DNA of 64,000 nucleotides from an uncultured delta proteobacterium (GTDB lineage: Bacteria > Desulfobacterota > RBG-13-43-22). The stretch lies in contig CAWBOS010000015.1 of the NCBI GenBank assembly GCA_963790475.1, forward strand, positions 224,001 through 288,000, in the 5' to 3' direction. Below the pieces are notes generated by a model. The model had not been told where the DNA came from and searched no databases. It saw only the letters and a list, made by a program, of their open reading frames with translations. Numbering within the stretch: position 1 is the stretch's first letter; each line of letters starts with the position of its first letter. A program made the translations under genes and the position numbers. Positions 40,770 to 49,681 of the stretch are shown here, piece by piece.

Positions 40770-42125
40770 ATGAATGGTCTGGATGAAAACAAGAGCGGAA
40801 TAGGCGAGCAACCTAAAGATTTCTGGTCTTATTTAAAGCAAAAGGAACTGGATTTTTTCCCTTCAGGGTCTTTGAGATGGTGGTTAGTGGCCATTATTAC
40901 CATTGCCTGGGCCACGGAACAATTTGAGAGATCCCGGCTTTCACCGGTTCTAGTCTATTTTCTAAAAGATTTCAACATAACCTTAAAATTCTTCGGTCTG
41001 ATGAATCTGCTGGCCATCATTGCTTCGTCCGTAGGAGCCTATACCCTTGGCACCATCGCCGACCGATACGGAAGGCGGCATGCCATTGTCTGGCCCATGC
41101 TAATTTATCTCGTCATTCTGGCCGGTCTGGCCTCGGCCCCCAATATTTGGTTATATGTCAGTCTATCTACTATTGGGGCTTTTTTGATTATGGGCACGTC
41201 TGCCTCAGTTAATGCGGCCATTCGGGATATCATCCCCCGGACAGGAAGAGGTGTGGCCTTTGCCTTCATCAGTCTGGCCTGGACTTTGGGGGCTTTTATG
41301 ACTCAAGGTGTAGCGGCGGTCACAACCCCCATCTGGCCCGGATGGAGGCCACAACACTGGATCGGGCTGGTCATTTCACTATTATTGACTGCATTGGTCT
41401 ATATATATTATCGAGATATATCCATGAGGATAAGGGGTCAGATTGTCGACGATCAACTGGGGGCCATAAAAGCCGGACTGGAGGCCCACGGCATCAAAGA
41501 TATTGAGGCCCTCAGAAACTCTGGATCGATCATTTACAAAAAATTTCATATCTGGATGATCGCCGCAATCCTTATGACCTGGGGGACTACCTACACCACT
41601 TTTACGGCCTTTTTACCAACTTATCTTACTCAATGGCATGGTGTTCATCCGGCCAAGGCAGCGGCCTTGGCCACTTGGTTTTGGTTGCTGGCCGGATTCA
41701 GTATTTTCCTGTCCGGTTATATCTCGGACAAAACTGGCCTTCGCAAACTCACTCTGTCGGTGGGTTCATTGATTACTGGCTTACTGGTCATAGTCGGAGC
41801 TACGCTTCCCAGGAATACCAGTTATCCAACTTTAGTTATCATGTGGCTTTGTGTGGCCGCTATCGCCGGATTCATCTATCCCTCCTGGTGTGCCATTCTT
41901 TCGGAAAACACAGAAGACATCAATCCCTTCAGTGTTGGCCGGGCCTTTGGTCTGGCCGGTGCCCTGACTTTTCTCACCGGTCTGATTCTGGCCTTGATTT
42001 TGCCGCAGGTAGTAGCCCGGGCCGGCTGGGGAACTTGGATGATCTATGCCGGCGGCTTTGCCATCAGTAATATCTTTTTCATTTCATTTGCTAAGGAACC
42101 TTGGCTCAAGGTACGGCGGCTCTAG
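40770..42125 (+). CDS. MFS transporter
   Basis: GTIADRYGRR, GYISDKTGLRK, about 12 TM; stop codon overlaps the IS end. Confidence 0.9.
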   Translation: MNGLDENKSGIGEQPKDFWSYLKQKELDFFPSGSLRWWLVAIITIAWATEQFERSRLSPVLVYFLKDFNITLKFFGLMNLLAIIASSVGAYTLGTIADRYGRRHAIVWPMLIYLVILAGLASAPNIWLYVSLSTIGAFLIMGTSASVNAAIRDIIPRTGRGVAFAFISLAWTLGAFMTQGVAAVTTPIWPGWRPQHWIGLVISLLLTALVYIYYRDISMRIRGQIVDDQLGAIKAGLEAHGIKDIEALRNSGSIIYKKFHIWMIAAILMTWGTTYTTFTAFLPTYLTQWHGVHPAKAAALATWFWLLAGFSIFLSGYISDKTGLRKLTLSVGSLITGLLVIVGATLPRNTSYPTLVIMWLCVAAIAGFIYPSWCAILSENTEDINPFSVGRAFGLAGALTFLTGLILALILPQVVARAGWGTWMIYAGGFAISNIFFISFAKEPWLKVRRL

Positions 42126-44109
42126 CCCATCTTCCGCAGTTAGAAAGCATGGAAGACGCGATATCAAATAGTTACGACAAGAATTAGGGCATTTTCTTCA
42201 CTACATTTTCAATAATTTTTGGTTTGTTGGGGAGCAGAATTTTCAATCTCTGAAGCAGCACTTTGAGTTCCTTTGAGGGAGTAGCCACCATTCTGAGCCG
42301 GAGGGTTCTCTCCCGCGCCGGTAGTAGCACATCCAAAGATTTCAATTCCCGCAACTCCTCCAACAGCTTTCTTGGGGCGGTACCGAGTCCCGAGGCTTTC
42401 ATCCATTGCTGGAGCGTTCGCCACATAGTCAGCGCCAAGAAGCAGACCAGGATATGAGCCTGGGTCCGTTCCTGTTTTTGATGGAAGATCGGTCGCATTC
42501 CCAGATCATGTTTCTCGGTACGGAATGAATCTTCCACTTCCGTCAGTTGGATGTAGGTATTCCATAGGACTTTCGGGTCACTTTCGGTCCAGTTGGTGCG
42601 CAGGATGTAGCTACCGCCGGTCTCCAAGGCCCACTGTTGCCGTTGTTCGTTCTTCTTGACTTCTAGGGAAAGCGGTGCGTCTTTTCCGGTACCGGTCTCT
42701 ATGACTGTAATATTGAACAACGAGGCCGCACGTTTATTTTGTTCCAGCAGTCGCCCTATTCTCCGCTCGACTTTCTGCTTGTCTCGGAGCTTGCCGGTTT
42801 CGGCCTGGCGGGCCAGGTGATCCAGTTGGCTTTCCAGTCGGGTCAAAAAGTGGTTTAGAATGGCGTTTTCTTTCTCCTTCCGGCCTTGAGACCGGCACAG
42901 GACAAAGATTTCATCCGTTCCTTCCGGCGAGCAACAGAGCTTGACCTCAACACCAGGTTGGACCGCTTCCCAGTTCTGTTCGAAAAGCTGCTGCTCAAAC
43001 TTCTTCAGCATCACTTTTGGGGTGCCGACCAAATAGCGGGCACCGACTTTGCGCATAAACTCCAGATTCTCCTCACTCACCATGCCGCGATCCATAACCC
43101 AGATCCGGTTGGCTTGGCCGTATTTGGCCTCCATCATCTGAACCATCTCTTGGGTCGTCGTGACATCCGGTCGATTGCCGTCAAAAACCTCAAAGGCTAT
43201 GGGAAAGCCCTCTCGGGTGGCCACCAGGCCGATGCAGACCTGGGGACAATCTGGACGACTGTCCCGGCTGTAACCCCTCTTGGCCTGGGCATTGCCCTTG
43301 GCGGTCCCCTCAAAATAGGTGGAGGTTATGTCATAAAACAAAAAATCAAAGCTACTGCCGAACAGTTCCCCATAACGCTCCTGAAGGTGACGGCTTAAGG
43401 CATCCTTGTGGGGAAGCAAGGCATCCAGGGCACGATAAAGCCGATCCTCATTGATCTTATAGTCGGCCACTCCCAGCAGATCGTCTAAGGCCGTCTGGCC
43501 ATACCAAAACTCGGCCATCTGTAATTCCGACGATGGGGCGCAAAAGCGTCCAAGAACTAAAATAGACGCCATGATCGACCAAGGAATCTCTTCCCGGTTG
43601 GAAGGAATATGATCTCGGCAGAACCTGGCAAGCCCCAGTTTGTTCCACAAAAACAACCCCAAATAGACATCGCCGAAGCCTCTGAGTCGCTCGACGCTTA
43701 CGCCATGGATATTGACCGTGGCCCAAGATGGGGGGTCTTCCCCCTGCTCAAACAGTTCAGGTCCAGGTAGAGGCTTTCCGGAAAGAATCCGTCCGATCTC
43801 CTCCCAACCTATCCGCTCTTCCCGATCAAGGCCAGGAAGTTTCCCTATCGTCGCCACTACTCGCTGACGGGGCCCTCGGGCAGTACGGACCGACTCAACT
43901 AAAAGCCAGCTCTCGTACTCCGCTCCACCTTTCTTTTTGGTCGCACGCCGGAGATACATAACCCCATTATCTCCGTTCCCACAGCACCTGGCAAGGGGGT
44001 GGTCTTCACTACATCCAATTTTCAAAGATCAGGACTTGAAATCATTTAACAATTCCTAACAATTCATCACGTTTTTCTTGATTTTTTCTCCAAACTGCGG
44101 AAGATGGGC
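42125..44109 (-). mobile_element. IS1634 family insertion sequence, copy 2 (1985 bp)
   Basis: Same IRs, TA on both flanks, only a few substitutions versus copy 1. Confidence 0.93.
42184..43959 (-). CDS. IS1634 family DDE transposase
   Basis: Same protein as copy 1 except one L>F change. Confidence 0.93.
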   Translation of the reverse strand: MYLRRATKKKGGAEYESWLLVESVRTARGPRQRVVATIGKLPGLDREERIGWEEIGRILSGKPLPGPELFEQGEDPPSWATVNIHGVSVERLRGFGDVYLGLFLWNKLGLARFCRDHIPSNREEIPWSIMASILVLGRFCAPSSELQMAEFWYGQTALDDLLGVADYKINEDRLYRALDALLPHKDALSRHLQERYGELFGSSFDFLFYDITSTYFEGTAKGNAQAKRGYSRDSRPDCPQVCIGLVATREGFPIAFEVFDGNRPDVTTTQEMVQMMEAKYGQANRIWVMDRGMVSEENLEFMRKVGARYLVGTPKVMLKKFEQQLFEQNWEAVQPGVEVKLCCSPEGTDEIFVLCRSQGRKEKENAILNHFLTRLESQLDHLARQAETGKLRDKQKVERRIGRLLEQNKRAASLFNITVIETGTGKDAPLSLEVKKNEQRQQWALETGGSYILRTNWTESDPKVLWNTYIQLTEVEDSFRTEKHDLGMRPIFHQKQERTQAHILVCFLALTMWRTLQQWMKASGLGTAPRKLLEELRELKSLDVLLPARERTLRLRMVATPSKELKVLLQRLKILLPNKPKIIENVVKKMP

Positions 44110-44629
44110 TAATTCTACCCGTATTAATTATTTTGATCGGCCTGGTCAAGGAAACATTGGCAATTTAATCGGCTGTAACAGGAATTGGTTTATTTTCCTG
44201 TTAAAGGTTTAATATATGAACAGACTCTATAGTCGAATCTTCGGGATGGCTACTTCGTTCGTTGATAGGGTTCATACCAATAATTGTGGCTTGAAGTTAT
44301 TTAGGTCAATGAATAATTGGTTTACGGGACCGGAAGGTTAAATGAAAAAATAGCTTCCTGAAATCCCTAAATTATGTTTTTAAAAAAATAAAATATCTTA
44401 AATGCTAATCGTTTACCAACGTTTCCTATTTACTGGTCCCGTTCCAAAAAAAATCTACTATTACTATTCCCAAATCATTTATAATGTGGTTCATTCAATA
44501 ACCAAGTTAGTAAGTTAACATGTCTCCAGTTTTGCCACTTTACACTGGTGAGAGGCGGGAACGTTGAGGAATTTGATGAGCCCGGTTTCTGAAGGAGGAA
44601 CATCCCGCCGACACGTTAATCGGAGTCGA

Positions 44630-44900
44630 ACCATAACGAATGATGTGATAACACCGGGTTTGCGCTCGACCGCGGTAGGCCTTTACAACTTTATTGCTCA
44701 AATAATTGGTTCAACCGGAGGAACCATTTTTGTAGGTACCGTTTCTGATAAACTTGGGGGGTGGAGTGTATGGACTACAATGGGGCCTGATTTCTACCTT
44801 GCCTATAGCCGCTCTATCCATAGTTGCCAGCCTGATTATGACAAGATTCTATTCGGCCGAAAGTGCCAGGATCAGCGATGAGCTAATGGCAGAAAAATAA
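44630..44900 (+). pseudogene. MFS transporter C-terminal remnant, frameshifted
   Basis: DVITPGLRSTAVG...G.TGG..FVG.VSDKLG. Confidence 0.65.
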
Positions 44901-44929
44901 ATCCGCAGGTTTTTTCTTAGGGCAAACCT

Positions 44930-44984
44930 CAAGGGACGGAAGTTATCATCAACCGTTATGGCGGCACCTGATCCTCTCTGTAAC
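44930..44984 (+). repeat. Dispersed repeat, diverged copy G
   Basis: CAAGGGACGGAAGTTATCATCAAC...CCTGATC with the same spacing to TGA as in A and D. Confidence 0.6.
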
Positions 44985-45037
44985 TTTAGTAAAAACACAC
45001 GCTGTCTCAGTCTCGGCAGGACAGCAATAGATAATCC

Positions 45038-45460
45038 TCAGGGATCGATCCGGGCTGAAGCACTGCCGCTCAACACGACAACGCCGTTTTGATTGATCGT
45101 CTCCACTTTAAGATCAACAAAATATTTCCCCTTTTCTTCCCGGATGGCCTCTATGGTGGCTTTGGCCTCCAAGTCATCCCCCGGCCAGACCTGATTGGTG
45201 AAACGGACTCCATACTTAGTCAGCCGGCCGTCTCCCACATAATTGGTGAGCATCTTGCCCGTCATGCCCATGGTCAGCATCCCATGAGCGAACACCGATG
45301 GATACCCGGCCACCTTTACCGCAAAAACCTCATCCGTATGAATCGGATTATAATCCCCGGAAGCGCCTGCATACTGGACGATCTGGGTGCGTTTCAAGTC
45401 TTCGACAATGCGTTCGGTATGGACATCCCCAACTTTTAGCTTGCTTGCTTTTAGTGCCAT
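45038..45460 (-). CDS. MaoC family dehydratase (catalytic subunit)
   Basis: YAGASGDYNPIH, AHGM, VRF..QVWPGD. Confidence 0.9.
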   Translation of the reverse strand: MALKASKLKVGDVHTERIVEDLKRTQIVQYAGASGDYNPIHTDEVFAVKVAGYPSVFAHGMLTMGMTGKMLTNYVGDGRLTKYGVRFTNQVWPGDDLEAKATIEAIREEKGKYFVDLKVETINQNGVVVLSGSASARIDP

Positions 45461-45634
45461 AACTTAGGTCCTCATTATTATTGATGGACATGTAAAGCGT
45501 CCATCAACAGGCCGAGGACGATTAAGTCCCGGCCTGGGGTGAAGGTGGAACCGCTTGAATTTACTTCAAGTGGCGGGAGAGGGAAGCCCTTGCCCGCCTC
45601 GTGAAAAGTTGCCTTTCGACTTTTCACGAGGTAA

Positions 45635-46132
45635 TTATTGTTGTTCAACTGCTCGTTCGGTTTGGACACCTACCCCGCGTGCCGTAACAACCAATTCCCC
45701 TTTTTGATCCCGGAATTCGATAATGGTTTCGGAGAAGACCAGTTTTCCGGATCGACGTCCCTCTTTCTCCCACTTTTTACCCGGTTTAATGGTTGCCGTG
45801 AGTACATCACCCGGCCGCAAATGGCGGTGGTACTCGTAATGTTGCTCCGCATGAAGGCCACGTCCCCCGCCTCCGGTATCACCGCTTGATCCCGCTTTTA
45901 TCCCGGTCGGCTCTTTTCCGGATCCGAACCAGGGCTGACCGATCTTGGGACGCAGGAAATAATCAGGGTCAAATTGGGCACTCGCCTGAATAAAGGTTGG
46001 TGGGGCTATGATACCGCCCGGTTCCGCGGTCTTGGCAAATTTCTCATCGTAATAAATCGGGTTGCCATCACCAATGGCCCTGGCGAACATCATAATGTGG
46101 CTTGCTTCGACTGGAAATTTCTCAATAGCCAT
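45635..46132 (-). CDS. MaoC/FAS1-like dehydratase partner subunit
   Basis: FARAIGD.NPIY, APPTF, LHAEQ.YEYHR.L.PGD. Confidence 0.88.
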   Translation of the reverse strand: MAIEKFPVEASHIMMFARAIGDGNPIYYDEKFAKTAEPGGIIAPPTFIQASAQFDPDYFLRPKIGQPWFGSGKEPTGIKAGSSGDTGGGGRGLHAEQHYEYHRHLRPGDVLTATIKPGKKWEKEGRRSGKLVFSETIIEFRDQKGELVVTARGVGVQTERAVEQQ

Positions 46133-46438
46133 ATTCCTTCTCCCTGTGAATGGTTTGATGCTTTAGAATATACTCCAAAAATTCTTTTTTTCAATAAATT
46201 TGATAATTCTCCATACCGGGACGAAGTCTTATATAGAAAAGTTTAAATCGAACCGGGAAATTTCTACAATTCGGGAAAATAGCCACGGCCGCGGCCGTCG
46301 GGGTCAATTCCAGAGACCATAGAAAATATCCGCATTTTTTTCTTTTTGTTTTCTCATTCCCAACCCTTTTATTTCAAGATTCATTTATCTTATTAATCGA
46401 GATTAAGACATTTTCACGCAGGAAGCCTATAAAAACTG

Positions 46439-46464
46439 GGGCCATCCCTGGTTTTGGATGGCCC
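46439..46464. terminator. Hairpin, possible terminator
   Basis: GGGCCATCC-ctggtttt-GGATGGCCC. Confidence 0.45.
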
Positions 46465-46488
46465 CTTGCTACGTGGATCGTAGATAAA

Positions 46489-46734
46489 TCAGGCTCCCGG
46501 TGACTCACCTCGTAAAATTGCCCACTGTTTAACAATGCCAATCGGATGAATACCCCCTCGAGTGAATCTTTTTTCGGCGGCTATTTTCTTCGCAGCTCGC
46601 GGCGGGCATGACGGAGCCTTTAGTTGCCAAACTCCGTCCTCAAACTCGGCGACTTCATCGATGTAGGCTTTCCCCCAGTCTGCGATTTCGATAGTATCAT
46701 CTCCAGCTAAGGGGTGCCAATAAGAAAGCTTCAT
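46489..46734 (-). CDS. Hypothetical protein
   Basis: 81-aa non-overlapping ORF; no recognised motif. Confidence 0.4.
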   Translation of the reverse strand: MKLSYWHPLAGDDTIEIADWGKAYIDEVAEFEDGVWQLKAPSCPPRAAKKIAAEKRFTRGGIHPIGIVKQWAILRGESPGA

Positions 46735-46797
46735 TGTTTTATTGTTAATATTTTACCCGTGGGCGGAAGAAAAATCAATCAATAGTGAGAGGAGGGA

Positions 46798-46880
46798 TCA
46801 GGGTCGGTCTTTGACTTTTGGTATTTATCGGGCTTTGGCCTAGCAGACCAAGACCATTATACATCAAGGACCGACCCTGA
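46798..46880. repeat. REP-like inverted repeat
   Basis: TCAGGGTCGGTCTTTGA ... TCAAGGACCGACCCTGA. Confidence 0.65.
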
Positions 46881-46888
46881 AGATTTAT

Positions 46889-48670
46889 TCAACGGGCAAA
46901 ATGGGTGGCCTGACCGGCCACGATGATCCAGGTGACCAAAAACGCATTTATAAATGAACCCACAAACACATGTCCGGTTTGACGAAAGAAATAGGTCGAA
47001 ACCAGGGCTACAATAGTAAAGATCGGAAGAAACTGGAACATCACAATGGAGGCCAGATGCAAATCCGGAATGGCCAGAGTTCCCCCATTAAAGAGGGGCA
47101 TATACATGATGAAAAGAAATAGGAAGTAACCGCCGATCATGAGTACGATGTTGATCAGCATCTCCCTCCAACCGGTCAAATCGCTTCCGTCTCTCCGACC
47201 GCGCCGCAATTCACCGTGGAGCACCAGACCGGAAATCAGAAAATAAAAAGCAAAGGGGATAAGGTAAGTTAAAAACATCTTAAAATGAAGGACCGACATC
47301 GGTTTCACGGCAAAGACCCAGATGCGGAAATCCGTTTTGAAGGCCCAATCAGAAAAAGCCAGGGACAGATAAGCCCAAAAAACAACCACGATCGCCAACA
47401 GAATAGATTTCCAGAGCTTGCGTCCGGCATGTTCTTTCCAAGCGAAGCCGTAATTGACCAAGCCTCCTCCCTTTTTCTTGTTCGCGATGAAATGCCAGAG
47501 GAGAAACAAAACCAGTGAGATCGCGCCGACCGCCACGGCCCAGAACATTATAGTAGTGGTTATCTCCTGCCTCCAGAGCCAACTTTTCTTGGCAATGCCC
47601 TTCCCGTTAAAAGCCCAGGCCAGGACATACAGGGGTAGGGGAAGAAGAATAGTGATCACTGCTCCCACCCACCAGCCCCAGCCGGAGGTTGGTTTTCGTT
47701 CGGCAGGGGTTTCGTTTAATTCATCGAAAAATGGGGTTCGCATTAGACACCGGCCCACAGGGAAGAGGAGGAGGACCATTCCGATCAAAGCAATCAAGGT
47801 CCCAAATTCTTTCCAATACCAGATCTGGTTGGATGGCGGCAAGTTATTCCCACCTTTTAAGGTGGTTTGCATCCATTCAATGGCATTCCCGATGGCCTGC
47901 CTTGAAAAATGAACCCGGGGATGGATCGTGCTCGGCTGATAAAGTTTTCTGGCCGTACCGTTCTCGATCGAACCGTAGAGCTTACCGACCACCACCGGCT
48001 CGGTAGTTCCAAAAACCTTTTTGAGTTTGTCGGTATTGACGATATTAACCGGAACCGGCGAGCCCCACATAAGACCGGAAAACTCATCATATTTGGAGAA
48101 GATAAGGGCCATGTTGCGCGGAAAATCCGCGGTTCCATCCGGAGCCCCTAAAGTCCCGGTTGATGAACTGGCCAGGATCAGGGATTTATATCCGTCTTTA
48201 TTGGCAGCGGCGGCTATCACCGATGCCCAGCCACCCATGGAATGACCTTCCAGACCGATATTATTGAGATCAACGATGTCCAGGGTCCGCAAATACTTCA
48301 GGCTATCCAGACCGCCGAAACCGTTGGCAAAGGCCGGGGGATCGGAAAAACCGTGTCCCGGTTGATCAGGGGCCAGAACGACATAACCGCGTCTGGCAAA
48401 TTCTATGGCAAAACCGTCTTGGGTTTCTCGGGAGTTGATATATCCATGGGTAGCGACGATTCCGGGAGCCGGATTCTTTTTGCTCACCCCTTTTGGCACA
48501 TAAAGCAAGGCACTGACTAACTTACCGTCACCCCCCATAAACCGTAGATCCCTGACCTGAATCCCACCACTGGTCTGGATGAAATAAGCGAGCAAACCTC
48601 CACCCAGGATAAATACTAAGGCTAAAATCAATAAACTGGTCAACGGCTTCTTCTTAGCTGTTTCGTTCAT
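46889..48670 (-). CDS. Alpha/beta hydrolase with N-terminal anchor and C-terminal multi-TM domain
   Basis: HGY, GHSMGG nucleophile elbow, YDEF, about 8 C-terminal TM helices; AGGAGG RBS. Confidence 0.85.
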   Translation of the reverse strand: MNETAKKKPLTSLLILALVFILGGGLLAYFIQTSGGIQVRDLRFMGGDGKLVSALLYVPKGVSKKNPAPGIVATHGYINSRETQDGFAIEFARRGYVVLAPDQPGHGFSDPPAFANGFGGLDSLKYLRTLDIVDLNNIGLEGHSMGGWASVIAAAANKDGYKSLILASSSTGTLGAPDGTADFPRNMALIFSKYDEFSGLMWGSPVPVNIVNTDKLKKVFGTTEPVVVGKLYGSIENGTARKLYQPSTIHPRVHFSRQAIGNAIEWMQTTLKGGNNLPPSNQIWYWKEFGTLIALIGMVLLLFPVGRCLMRTPFFDELNETPAERKPTSGWGWWVGAVITILLPLPLYVLAWAFNGKGIAKKSWLWRQEITTTIMFWAVAVGAISLVLFLLWHFIANKKKGGGLVNYGFAWKEHAGRKLWKSILLAIVVVFWAYLSLAFSDWAFKTDFRIWVFAVKPMSVLHFKMFLTYLIPFAFYFLISGLVLHGELRRGRRDGSDLTGWREMLINIVLMIGGYFLFLFIMYMPLFNGGTLAIPDLHLASIVMFQFLPIFTIVALVSTYFFRQTGHVFVGSFINAFLVTWIIVAGQATHFAR

Positions 48671-48747
48671 GATGCCTCCTTAATATTAAATTGTAATAAG
48701 TGGTTGTGTTTTAACCTCCTTTCTCTTGGGACTCGATTTTATTATCC

Positions 48748-48822
48748 AAAAGAAAAAGCCCGGATAGAAACGACCACTGCCTTTAAGTGTTCATTTACTA
48801 TCAGGGCTTTCTCTTTATTCTC
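48748..48822 (-). promoter_or_regulatory. GlpP-type leader terminator/antiterminator site
   Basis: GAGAATAAAGAGAAAGCCCTGATAG...CTATCCGGGCTTTTT; paralogue at 61185-61256. Confidence 0.75.
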
Positions 48823-48978
48823 TCACCCCGAAAGTTCGAATAATGAAATTTTCTTTTAAAGAGAACTGTTATATAGAATAGCCGTACAAGTCAAGGCTTT
48901 TTTTTGAAGAAAACTTTTTCGAATTGACAGCTTTTTCTCTTTACCGTATCGGCGTCAAGCCAGATTTTACTCCTTTTC

Positions 48979-49548
48979 CTAAAGATCAAAGAGATGGGAT
49001 GCGGTAGTGGAAACCCCGACTGCCCCGGAAGTCAGGATCTCCCGGATCTCTTCCTTCTCGGTGATCAACCCTCCGGCGATGATCGGGATTGAAGTGAGCA
49101 TCCTTATTTTTTTCATAATCTTGGGGAGGATCAAACCGGGAAGGATCTCTACAGCGTCAGGTTTTGACTTCTCCACAGTGCCAAGCCCGCCCACCAGAGA
49201 TTCCGAATCTAAAACAAATACCCTTTGAATAGCAAAAAGCCCTTCTTTTTGGGCACTTTTGATGAGATTGCCGCGGGTGGTGATGATTCCGTTTATTTGA
49301 CTTTCTTTAGCCAGAAATCGGATCCCCGGAGCATCTTTCCCGATTCCCTTTATGAGATCAATATCGACCAAAACCAGCTTCTGATGGAGTTTTGCCTGTC
49401 GCACGATTTTTGGGAGATCGAAAATGGTTCCACCCAGGATAAAAAGAACATTGGTGTGTTCCAAACTTTGAAATCGAAGATTTTCAATGTCCCTGATGGC
49501 TGCTATCACCGGTCTGCTTTTCAGAGCCGACAAAAAATCCATAGGCAA
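48979..49548 (-). CDS. glpP: Glycerol-3-phosphate-responsive antiterminator
   Basis: DLIKG, GIITT, IQRVF.LDS, EILPG, PIIAGGLI, GAVGVST. Confidence 0.92.
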   Translation of the reverse strand: MPMDFLSALKSRPVIAAIRDIENLRFQSLEHTNVLFILGGTIFDLPKIVRQAKLHQKLVLVDIDLIKGIGKDAPGIRFLAKESQINGIITTRGNLIKSAQKEGLFAIQRVFVLDSESLVGGLGTVEKSKPDAVEILPGLILPKIMKKIRMLTSIPIIAGGLITEKEEIREILTSGAVGVSTTASHLFDL

Positions 49549-49681
49549 TCTCCCTTCCAGTATTTTTGATGCTCCATATCAGATCGTTAGGAGGTGTCCT
49601 TACTTTCACCGCTAAAGCGGCTTCCGTATTAAAGCTTAACAACTATTGTTGCTCTTTGTTGTCCTTTACTGGCGGTATCCT

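Noticed and set aside
44919-44945. GGCAAACC...GGGACG as a c-di-GMP-I riboswitch
   Set aside because: Lacks the GNRA-capped stem and GCAAAG; better explained as repeat copy G.
32758-44984. Dispersed repeat as a CRISPR array or integron attC array
   Set aside because: Spacing is kilobases, copies are too diverged, and I see no RYYYAAC/GTTRRRY boxes, cas genes or intI.
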